64,000 bases of DNA, from positions 199,330 to 263,329 of the forward strand of contig NW_005434589.1 of assembly GCF_000315625.1 (NCBI RefSeq), read 5' to 3'. Source of the stretch: Guillardia theta CCMP2712 (Eukaryota; Protista; Cryptophyta). This document shows, in pieces, positions 50,336 through 60,408 of the stretch. The first letter of the stretch is position 1, and every line of letters begins with the position of its first letter. The notes beneath the pieces are model-generated. The model was given only the letters and a program-made list of their open reading frames with translations. It ran no database searches and had not been told where the DNA came from. The translations under genes were made by a program, and so were the position numbers.

Positions 50336-50530
50336 ATAGTTACGGCGTACTATGTTGAATGGTTGAATTCTGCCCAGAACTGTTCCGACGACCGTATCAC
50401 GCTACGCACATAACACAGGAAAAAATGCGGAAGATCGCGCTATGATTCGGAGGCTCACTGAAAAAGTTTCTTGCACAATAATTTAAGTTACAAGCAAAAA
50501 TGTTCACGCAAAAGCTTTGATGTCTGTGAA

Positions 50531-51640
50531 TTAGGCGATGAAAGTTCCCTGATCATCCTTGACAGATCTCACAGTGGTGAAATACTTCGCAAGCGTCTTC
50601 CCAAGGGCATTTCTCAAGATCGGCGCCTGAAAGTTCAACAACCTTAGAACTCATCACATCACCCACGTCTACGTCACCTGTGAGTCAGACGCCTTCCTGT
50701 CAGACTGCGTTGTCTCCTGCTCCTGCACGGCATTGAACAGAGACAGGAACGAATGCCACCTGTTACCTGCAGCCTTGTAAGCGAGTCGAAGGTCCTATCC
50801 CTCTGCCCAAGATGCGTCAGTCGCTGAATCTGTCGAGTCTGCTCATGGAAAGGACCGATTGATGACGCGGCCTGTCTTGCCAGCTCGAGTGCATGCTCCC
50901 CCCCTGATGACGCAGGTGCATTCAGGGAGGAAAAAGCTTGCAAATTCGTCTCACATCAGCAGCAGCGATCAAGCCTTGGAGGGAACCAGGATCTAAGTCC
51001 GTCCTTGCCCGCTGAAAGATAGCCACGTTATGCCACAGCCACACTCACGCAGTAAGATGCACAACCTTGAGGGAGAATTGTACAACCTTCTCCTTCTGTT
51101 TTTCAGACTTGAGATTATGTTGGTGAGTTCTAAAACTGACTTACCGGGCTGAAAACGCCCAATGAATCCAAGACAGTCGAGTTACGACCAGACCCAAATG
51201 ATAACACCAATGCTACATTTGATATATCAACCATTCTCTTAGAAAAAAATTACCATCTTACCAAGAGCACCGCACATAGCAAACGCAAGGGCAGCCAAAG
51301 CATATCTTGAATATCTGGGGATTCCATGCATGAGAACATCTTACATACTTCTGCAACAACTTGACACCTATTCTCAGGCATGGTGCTGCCCTTTGCGTCT
51401 TCCGCACCTGGAGCAACAAAGACGGTGTCACACGCACAGGAAACTATGCTTCTCACAAGGGAACAGTTGAGCTTTCAACAGGGTAAGGATGAGAGGAAGA
51501 GAGAGGCAAAACTATGAGGAGGATACAGGAGACAAAGAAGATGCCAGTATGAAGGCAGCAGAGCTGACTCTGTGCCTTATGCTCATCTCAAGCGGCCAGG
51601 TGAGCGTGCCGTACCTTGAAAGGTGCCGAATGATGCCATG
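50531..51640 (-). CDS. Hypothetical multi-exon protein
   Basis: Several open exons bounded by GT/AG (e.g. AFSSLNAPASSGGEHALELARQAASSIG…). No motif recognised. Confidence 0.35.
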
Positions 51641-51824
51641 GGCTTGTGATGGGTGTGGGTTGACATGGGATGGTATCATTCTTTTGAGGGTAGGGGTTAC
51701 ATATAATCTCCCAAGAGCCCCTATTTTGAACAATAAATAGTGGGGTACGATAAATTTATGGGGGGTACTTTCCTTTAACATGGGGGTCATTCAAATGGGG
51801 GTCCAACAAATTCCTGAAGTGGCG

Positions 51825-52115
51825 CGCAGGGTCGGAGGCTGATAACCTACGAAACTTGTGACTCCCGGCCCGTACTAGGCTTCGGAATCCCGGCGCCGCG
51901 GCGCCGGCCGGCCCGGGACCGTACCGTACGGTGATCGGACTCCGAGCGCGGCCGCGGGCTGTGTTGCGGATGCCAGGCTCCGGCTCCGGCTCGGCCCGGG
52001 CCTATCAGTCCGCCGGACCATGTGAGCCTACCGGCATTGCTTTGGTGTTCAACCAATCTGACTCCAGTGAGTTACTAGCCTAGTAGCCTGAACTCCGACC
52101 GCCGGCAGCAGCAAG
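51825..52115. other. GC-rich intergenic island (CCGG/GAGTC vocabulary)
   Basis: gtgactcccggcccgtac, gccggccggcccgggaccgtaccgtacgg and tgactccagtgagt. Preceded by a GGGGTA-rich tract at ~51640-51810. Confidence 0.78.
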
Positions 52116-52192
52116 GCTTCAAATGCCTCCGAGTACCCTCCGACTCATCAAAGATTCAGGCTGAGTGAGATGCTGCGTCCATGTGCAAGGCC

Positions 52193-53150
52193 AGAAGCTC
52201 ACATCCAGCAGTCTGCACTGAGCCGTTGCGCGGGGGAGTCTTCGAATCTTCCGCCGCTGTCGTTCCAACGTTGCCGCACTCCGTTGAACTTCGAACAAAC
52301 CGAGCAGACTCGTGACAGGCTCAACAAGCTGAACGGTGGTCGAGTTAACGGTCAACCGGATAGATTGTATATGTTATGAATCATTCATTTTCTTTGTATC
52401 TGTATGAATTTTCCTTCATCACCTTTGATTGACACTATAGCTACGAATTTCTTTGTGAACAGATGTGATTATTTCATCTTTGGTGAAATTTTGCTCCATG
52501 CGCAAAGCTTGCCTCTACCAGCGGGGACAATCAATTCCATCTGACCATCTGGAAGCTCAGCAAGATGAAAGACCTGAAAGTGGTGCGCAGGACGTTGATG
52601 CAAATTTCCAACACCCTGGTCTACAATCAGTGGGCTAATCGGGGCTTTGGAGAAGAGAAACTCGCAGCGATTCACTTGTGCGCCATGTCAGGAGGAGGGA
52701 GGACTGGGCAGGGACGTCTATACAAAGTAGAGAGCTTCATTAAGCTCGCTGCTTCCTCCTCTTGCCTACCTTCAGTCGTCTCCTGGAATTGCAATTACTC
52801 AAGAGACTACCAGAAGGCCTCGGAAGACGAAGCAAGATACCAGCTTTCGGTAAGCTCTCAGCGTGGTAAACTTAGCTGGACCTCCATGCCTTCAGTCGTC
52901 TCCTGGTTTCCTCAGACTAGAAAGGGCAAACGGCCTCCTCCTCCTTCCAACTCTAGCAAGCAGAAGATCGAGCGGAGGTATGGCGCCTGGAGCAGCATGC
53001 CGTCTGTGGTCTCGTGGTTCTCTACGGGAGGGAGCAAGAGTCCAGCTAAGAAACGATGAGTTTACCCAAGTCTGCTGGAGATTGCAGCAACCGGAGAAGC
53101 GGAGGGAATGAGAAGAAGTGGAGACAGCCAAAGGGTCAAGCAAACGGCTG
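52193..53150 (+). pseudogene. Truncated, internally deleted duplicate of the LOTUS-SAM-2H gene
   Basis: 52193-52504 aligns to 61758-62056 and 52505-53147 aligns to 63358-64000. About 1.3 kb is missing at the gcgca|aagctt junction. The intron is retained, so this is a DNA-level copy. Confidence 0.92.
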
Positions 53151-53431
53151 AGAGGTCAACGAGGACACGTGCTGGAGGTTCAGTTCCTGCACGCTACTGA
53201 ACGAGTCTCTGTAATATCTGAACCCAAGCCTCTACAGCTGGCGCTTGCTGTACTGGCTTAACTTTATGTATTCACCACCTATCGCGGAGCTTCGCGTGTT
53301 TATCCTTGAAAAATCTACTTACAAGTTGCTTGCGCGGCTGTTCAATGCGATCATCACGGCATGTGCAATCACATTCGCACCCATCAGCATCGAACAACTG
53401 TCCTTCTCCATCCCTTTGCTCGCCTTCCTCC

Positions 53432-54439
53432 TCACGATACAAAGTTGAACCATCCCGTCACTATCCGCTTCTCCTGGGACGGGGACGGGACCCCACGGTG
53501 TGTGAAGGTCCAGTCCGCTGGCCACACGAGCGTGAGCCCCTTCTTGGGCTGCACGGTGACCTTCTGGTGGTAGAACTCCGTCCCTCCTGCATCGTCCACC
53601 TCATTCAGGTACGTCATGAACACCAAATGGCGCGAGCCTTCTGGCTGCCCCCCGCCGGTCCGCTCTGTATGAAAGGTCTTGTACCCTCCTCCAGGAGGAT
53701 AATACTGAAAGTTGGAGCGGGAGACTTGGGTGTTTCTACCGCTCAGTTATAGTGGAATGCGGGTTGGTCTGTAGGGACCGCCAGGGAGAGGTAGGTGACG
53801 ACCACCCCTCCCTCCTCTACCCACTGCTGGAAGGACGCGGGCCACTCGTAAGCCACGGGCACGGCGAAATGGCTCTGCTCCGAGGTGATCCTCCCCACGC
53901 AGGCCCTGGACGCCGCCCAGAGGCTCGTGGAGGGCTGCACCTTGGCGATGTCCTGCAGCCATGACCGCATCCCCTTCTCGCAGAGCGCGTCGTCGTCGGC
54001 CAGGCGAAGGACGTCCACAAGGCCCACGGTGGTAGTCCTCGTGATGCAGTTCATGGGGTTGTTGGCGAAGCAGATGGTCTGGAACGCCCTGCTCAGGATG
54101 AGATGGCGCGTGCCTTGGTAGTCGAACATGCGGTTGTCCTGAACGAGGTTGTCTATGAGGCCGGCCAGCGCGTTGCCGATGACGTGTTCCCTTCATGGAG
54201 ATCATTCCTCGCAGCTGTCCTCTCGGATTGTTCTCAAAGCAGTGGATCAGGTCATCGCAGATGCTGTCGTCTAGCATCCGCCATGCCCCCATGAACATGG
54301 CGCCCTCGGGCAATGCGAACTTTTCGAGAGCAGCCGCTGTCCCTCCGACTTGCTGTTGCTGTGGGACAGCAAGTGAGTTGACTGCCTTGTCCTTCTTCTT
54401 TCCACTCGATGAGGAAGCTGAAAATCCCTTCGCCTGCAT
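53432..54439 (-). pseudogene. 2OG-Fe(II) oxygenase (cyanobacterial/cyanophage P4H-like type), interrupted by foreign coding-like DNA
   Basis: C-terminal part NFQYYPPGGGYKTFHTER…RHLVFMTYLNEVDDAGGTEF…WPADWTFTHRG…KRIVTGW; N-terminal part DDSICDDLIHCFENNP. The middle (~53745-54185) is in another frame. Confidence 0.75.
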
Positions 54440-54474
54440 AAGCCCTGTTCAGGCACTGAATGATACTCGCCAGT

Positions 54475-54985
54475 AGTCACTAGTAATGTCACGGTGCAAG
54501 TCTCCCGGGCCAGGCTGACTCCTCAGAGTCAGGCCGCGCCGGGCCGGGGGCTTGACGGGCCAGCCCGCCGGGACGGTCTGCCGTCACTGCCAGGCCCGAA
54601 GTGCCGGGTGACACGCCGACAGCCTGTGGACTGAAAACCGCGGCAGTTGGATGGTCTCTCAACAGTCTCGCCGGGCCCTCACACTCATCTTGGCCTCTCC
54701 CAGTTTCAACGCCGCCGGCGTCATACCGTACCGGCGGTTCAAGTTGTGGTATGGTCATCCCTCGGAGATATCGCTGAGGCCGCCGTGTGCGTAAGCCTTC
54801 TCGGCTCCGAAGTTGTCCTGGCCGCAGCAAGAGACAGTGGGCTATGAAGTGTGCTGATCATGAAGCTTGTCGGAGCAATGTGGCGCCGGCATGAGACTGC
54901 CATGCCTGAGACAGTCAACAGAGTCGTGAAAGCGAGCCGAGAATAAGTACGGTCACCGTGGAACGCGGCTTGGCCGCTCAGTGAG
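54475..54985. other. GC-rich intergenic island (CCGG/GAGTC vocabulary)
   Basis: tgactcctcagagtca, gccgggccgg, ccgtaccgg, tacggtcaccg and ctcagtgagtga. Confidence 0.7.
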
Positions 54986-55142
54986 TGATGGCGAACCGTC
55001 ACTTTCACAGTGTGAGTGTTGCGGCCCCTCAAGTGTCTTTTTCCAGTTTATTACAACCTTCGAATCAAAGATTGTTTGCAAACAAACCATAAATAAATTT
55101 AATGCACACAAAGCCGATGCCACGGAATCAATGAAAATAGCC

Positions 55143-56954
55143 TTAACCGTGATAACCACTGAAGAATCCGTTGCCTGCCACGGGCGATGGAGCAGCGGCG
55201 ATGGCCCAGTAGAGCAGACCAGTCACAATGCCGGCACATGGGCAAGTGAGAAGCCATCCGCCGAAGATGACACCGACGAGCTTCCAGTTGACAGCTCCGA
55301 CGTCTCCGTTGCAAAGTCCGACAGCAGTGGTGGCACCGGAGATGCAGTGAGTGGTGGAGACAGGAACTCCGAGACGAGAGAAGGTCATCACAGTGAACAT
55401 AGCTCCCAGCTCGATACAGAAGCCGCGGGAAGGAGACTGAAGGGTCAGGCGGTTGCCAAGAGCGTCCATGATGTAGTAGCCCATCGTCAACAAACCGACG
55501 TCGAGCGCGAGACCTCCGTAGACCAGAAGCCAGATGGGAACCTCCGCCTTGCTTGCAACCGTGCCGGTGCTGTAGACCATCCAGACAGTAGCGAAGGGAG
55601 CGACAGCGTTAGCCATGTCGTTGGCGCCGTGGGAGATGGAGAAGAAGCAGCAGGTGGTGAGCTGGAGCATCTTGAACATCTCCTCGGTCTTGGAGTAAGC
55701 CTGGAAGGCCTTGGCGTGCATGGCAGCATCCTCCTCCTTGAGGCCTCCGATGTCCATGTAGAATCCAGGGAAGATGCACTTAAGAACACTGGTGAGGATG
55801 CTGTCGTTCTGTGGCTTGTCCTCGATTTCATCCTTTCCAAAGTAAGCACCCTGAACCATCATGGGGGCTTGACCAGGCATCATTGGAGCCTGGTTGAAGT
55901 ACATGGAAGGCTGTGGCATGTTCTGATTAAAGTTTCCAGTCTCAACGAGATCGACTTTGTTCTGATCTTGCACGTTATTCTCCTCGTTGTATCCCATTGA
56001 ACCAACAGGAACGGAGCAGATGTAGAACATGGTGTACCATGGCAGGTTCTCGTTGTCCACAATAGCACGACGAGTCCATGGCACGCAGAACAAGTAACCG
56101 AAGATGCCAAAGAAGATGCCGATGGCAAAGGTGACGGGAACAGTAACTTCGTAAGGTGTCTTCTTCAATGCAGGGATTCCCTTCATGACCATGAAGCCGG
56201 CCACGACGCCAAAGGCGAAGAAGAAGTAGACGGGAAGGAGCGCAATGCCGCGCTTGACGGCGACATCGTCGGGATGCTTGAGCACGAGGAACTTGGTGCT
56301 GAGGTAGAAGATTGCAGCCAACACTCCAGAGAGGATGGGTGAAATGAACCAGGATGCAACAACTCCACCAAACCCTCCGTCATAGCCCCAGTTCACTCCA
56401 GAAGCACCCCAGGTTGCAATACCGATACCAAGGATGGCGCCAACAACCGAGTGAGTAGTCGAGACAGGCATAGACAGCGTGGTGGCGACGAACACCCATC
56501 CACCAGAGCCAAGGTTGACGCAGCTCATGCCCAGGGCAAGGACGTAAGGATCATGCCTGAACCAGTCCACCTTGACCATCTTCTTGCGCACAGCATCGGT
56601 CACAGTGCTGCCCAGAGCAATCACACCAACAAGCTCGCAAACGCACGCGATCGAGACAGCTGTCCTGAAGGAGATGGTCTTGGCTCCAACAGCGTTAGCG
56701 AAGGCGTTGGCAACGTCGTTGGCTCCGATGGTGAAGGCGTCAAGGAAAGCCCAGAAGAAGGCCCAGGTGATGAGACCCTTGTACAGGTAGGGGATGCCGA
56801 TCTCGGGACTGTCGACCATGGTGGCAGCACATGCTGATACGGAGAGAAACAGCACCACGTAAGGCAGGAAACCACGTGCGGTGGTGAGGGACCTAGAAAG
56901 CAGGATCAGGATCGAAGGTCTTGGGGGAGAACAATACCTCTTGGACATGGTCAT
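55143..56954 (-). CDS. PiT/PHO4-family phosphate symporter, copy 2 (inverted paralogue)
   Basis: GANDVANAF and GANDMANA motifs; highly similar to copy 1. A 45-nt intron (56893-56937) sits at the same position after MTMSK-R. Confidence 0.95.
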   Translation of the reverse strand: MTMSKRYCSPPRPSILILLSRSLTTARGFLPYVVLFLSVSACAATMVDSPEIGIPYLYKGLITWAFFWAFLDAFTIGANDVANAFANAVGAKTISFRTAVSIACVCELVGVIALGSTVTDAVRKKMVKVDWFRHDPYVLALGMSCVNLGSGGWVFVATTLSMPVSTTHSVVGAILGIGIATWGASGVNWGYDGGFGGVVASWFISPILSGVLAAIFYLSTKFLVLKHPDDVAVKRGIALLPVYFFFAFGVVAGFMVMKGIPALKKTPYEVTVPVTFAIGIFFGIFGYLFCVPWTRRAIVDNENLPWYTMFYICSVPVGSMGYNEENNVQDQNKVDLVETGNFNQNMPQPSMYFNQAPMMPGQAPMMVQGAYFGKDEIEDKPQNDSILTSVLKCIFPGFYMDIGGLKEEDAAMHAKAFQAYSKTEEMFKMLQLTTCCFFSISHGANDMANAVAPFATVWMVYSTGTVASKAEVPIWLLVYGGLALDVGLLTMGYYIMDALGNRLTLQSPSRGFCIELGAMFTVMTFSRLGVPVSTTHCISGATTAVGLCNGDVGAVNWKLVGVIFGGWLLTCPCAGIVTGLLYWAIAAAPSPVAGNGFFSGYHG

Positions 56955-57879
56955 TGCAACGAATGGAAGGCTCGAGTCTATCAGCTGCAAGAGCAGGAAG
57001 GGGATCAACGAACGCGGAAGCTCACTGAGATGAGTAGAGCACGGAGGAAGAGTCACGCGTGGGCAGGGGAGGCGAAGTGGACCAGAGGAGGTTTCACGTA
57101 ACCTTCACATCAGAGAAGCAAGGAGGCACCCCCTACCCCCTCCATACTATCACCCCCACCCTATGTTTCCTGCCACCTGCATCTGGAGTACCCACTTTGT
57201 ATACTGCAATGTTATGGAAAAGGATAGGGTACAATGGACACACTGCGGTCGGGAGTAGCGAAACGTCAGGTCAGGGGGTAGTTCTACGTCTGCATTAGGG
57301 ATCGACGAGAAGGCATCTTTTCGAAATCTACGCCTCTTGGTAGGGGTGTAGACTGCCTGAGAAGAAGGGGGTCTTCCTAGGGCTTTTGAGGGTAGGGTGG
57401 TCCTCTGTGGAGCCGTAGTACCAGGAATGACCAGAAAAAAAGGGAAAGAGGAACGCTGTCAACGTCTGTGGGGACAAATGACCAGAAAAAAAACAGAACG
57501 AACCCCCACCATAGGCAACCTATGACCCACCCACCATGCCTTGAAGAGGCACCCTACCTTCTAGGAGGTTCCCAGTAGGCATCATAGCACCAACAGATAC
57601 CACTGGTAGTCACTGCCAGGTGCCCGCTTGCGGGGGTTCAAAATAAGGTCAAAGAGCAGCAGGGTAGGGTATCGCCGTTGATAGGGTAGTGACAAGAATT
57701 ACAATATTATATATAAAACAGCTGCTCGTAGAACGGTTACATCGATTGGTCCAACGTAACGACAAAGGGATCCGTGTGCAAAAATGGCGGGAGCGCTCGG
57801 GTCGATGAAGCATTATGAGAAAAGAGCGCTGCGCGTAACCGCATGACAAGACGTGTAAACAGAATTATTCTGAGCAACT

Positions 57880-58400
57880 CGGATCGATATCCGTCAAGAT
57901 CTCAACCAGTAAGAAGATCTATGCGCTTCAACTTGAACACTGACGATGCAACTAGCAATGCGTCGTCGGGTGAATGTATGAAAAAAGAATTTGACGCACG
58001 AGATTGGTGACACAACGAGATTATTCAAAGAACCAGGGGAATGTATGTTAATGTCCACAATAAAAAACAATCCAGTAGAACGTGAATGTGAACAATGTAT
58101 TGACCAAATTGAACACAAATGACCAATATATGAAGGCCGGAAAGTTTGCACAAGATAAACGTAAAGATCGCAGAGAGTTGAGATGTGGAAATAATTTCCT
58201 CGGCAGGTGATGACTTTAAGGAGCAAGATGTAATTGTCCTGTGAAGTGGTCCGCCCAATAGCTGAGGCAAGTTCAGCGTTAGCAAGGACAAGCTCCTCAT
58301 ATCAGTCGATGAGCACTAAGATCAAGGGGACCGTATATGAAAAATGACTTGGCTAGAGACTAGAAGGTCCTTCGAACTAGGTAATCCTCGTTACGCACGA
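57880..58400 (-). mobile_element. Possible highly degenerate Copia RNase H region
   Basis: Frame-broken resemblances to the Copia RNase H motifs in the right order (FFIYGP…, SST…, HTFTRRRIAS…, LVEILT), downstream of the RT fragment. Confidence 0.3.
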
Positions 58401-58789
58401 GCCTCGGAGGCGAGGCCTGATTGCGATGCGACGGAGCTTGCCTCCAGTTTGCTAACGATGATAATGAGAGAGTAGTTGAAATGAGTGTTCCAATTGAGAG
58501 GGGTAGAGAATAGAAAGAGAAAGTGTGACAGATAGGCAAGGAGGGAAGGGAAGGAAGGACAGGGCAGGAACGTGGCAAGAGATTGGTGGCAGAAAAAGTT
58601 GACTGACGTCGTAAGCGTTTAGACGTAAGAAAGTTGCGAACATGTTAGAGATATTTCACAAACACACACACATCATTTTGATCCTTCACACTTGAATTAA
58701 CTCTTTCGTAATTTCTACCACCATTCCGGTCACCAATTAAAGCTGTGTGCTCGTAGGGTAAAACATATAACACACACAGTTCACTGCCG

Positions 58790-58955
58790 AAGTGCGGCCG
58801 GGGTGGGGTCACAGCCTGTTGGGTAGGGGTGAGTTACCCGGGTGAGTAAGGGACTGGTACGGTATTCAATACCGTCTGACGGAAGTCTGACGACCGTATA
58901 GACGGCACGGTCGGTCGGTTCCGGGATTCAGCCCCGGCCGATCATCGGATCGCAG
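58790..58955. other. GC-rich island at the Copia truncation point
   Basis: cggccgggg, cccgggtgagt, ggtacgg, cggtcggtcgg and cccggccgatcatcgg. Confidence 0.6.
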
Positions 58956-59900
58956 GCTGCCTGGAATCGGATTGAAATCAAGGTGGTTTTGAAATGATCG
59001 TTCCGCAATTTCCCTGACTGTTTGAGTCCAAAGATTGCCTGTTTGAGGCGTAAGACCTTGCCAGATGGAAGTTTGAGAATTTCAGGAGGAGCAATTGAGA
59101 CAAGTTGTTCGATTGGGCTGTACAGGTATGCAGATCTGGCCTTTCTCCGTTCGGAATTGAATGTTGATGCCAGTGAGAACGGACACGGTGATCTGTGGAG
59201 ACGTTCTGTGCAGTATTTGCCAAGATCATGTCTTGTAGTTGTACGAAAGGATCGCTGTTGAGGCAATTGGTGAGGCCCTGTACGACAGTGTTGATTATTG
59301 CTTGTTGAATGGTTTAGTGAGCACACTGCAACGGTCTTCGAGGTTTAATTGAATTGAACGCGAGGCAGCTCGTTGCGAGGATGGTCGTTGCCGCTGTCGC
59401 TCGAGATAAGAGCGCTGTGTCGGCGTTGGCGAGTTGTAGCGTCCACTCGCGGCGGTATGTGACCGTCGACGTTGGAACGTGAAGCAGTCTGAGCGTTGTG
59501 ATGCAGATGTTGTATTGTTGTGGAGGTGCGGGCACGGGGTTTCCGTCGCAGCGTCATGTCGGCTCCCGTGGGTGGAAGCGTCATGATGAACTTCGTGATC
59601 TTCATCGGCTGAATGCTCGGATGAGTCTTGATCTGCTGGCAAGTCCAGCGCAGGCAGGAGGATGTTGTGACCTATTGGTGCGACTCCTACGCCGCGCAAG
59701 CTTGCTCCTAAAGAACAGGACGCGCGTGCAGCATGAAACGTGTACTTGTGACAGGGCGTGCAACGTGAAGCGTGCCGGCTGCCGCGATGAAGCGCGCCGT
59801 GACTCCCGCCACCACAGCGGCTGCCAACCAGGACGAGCAGTCTGCACGCATACAACAGACGCCCTCGCCCTCATACGTTCATAGCACAACTTCCCGTCGG
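58950..59900 (-). mobile_element. Ty1/Copia LTR-retrotransposon remnant (reverse transcriptase fragment)
   Basis: RKAR-SAYLYSPIEQLVSIAPPEILKLPSGKVLRLKQAIFGLKQSG…F…L…F…DP matches the RVT_2 pattern (LxKALYGLKQ). It is truncated before the YVDD motif and no LTRs are seen. Confidence 0.8.
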
Positions 59901-59909
59901 CATCCATGT

Positions 59910-60115
59910 GGAACCTCAGGGTCTGGCCCCGGGCCACACTACCGGCGAGCGTCAGCCTTCGGGCGGCCGCTTAGCATCGGAGGCTCGCCGACCACGAAAC
60001 CTTCCCTGGGGGGTCAAGGCTAGTAACCGGAGTCAGGGCCTGCCGCAGTCGGAGCCCGGCTCGATCCGATGATGGCGGCCGGCCGGGCCAAAGCCTGAGG
60101 TAGCGGCTACTCTCG
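59910..60115. other. GC-rich island at the other end of the Copia fragment
   Basis: ggccccgggcc, gcggccgc, ccggagtcag and cggccggccgg. Followed by a TACCCC-rich tract at ~60160-60410. Confidence 0.65.
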
Positions 60116-60408
60116 GCTTTTTTGTTGTTTTGTTGAGATTCTGATGTGTCAGGAGATAGGACCTACGGGGTGGTACTACCCCACCCAACTTGATGTGTGA
60201 CGCAGAAAATCTTCAAATACCAGTTTTTACCCATCAATGATAGATTTCTTTAACCGGTACTTGACATACCACCCCCACAACACCACGAGTACCCAGTACC
60301 CACACCCCCTATAGTCTCATGTTGGATGAACGGATTCTGGAGAAGATAAAAAAATGTATCGTACCCCCCGAATCGATGCGATCCTTGACAATTTAAGGGG
60401 GTAGGGTT

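Noticed and set aside
54981-56000. 339-aa + strand ORF (and 31147..31860 on the - strand)
   Set aside because: Antisense shadows of the GC3-rich PiT genes.
58934-60084. Terminal inverted repeat (cgatccgatgat) around the Copia fragment
   Set aside because: Only ~12 bp, no target-site duplication seen, and such words are common to the island vocabulary.
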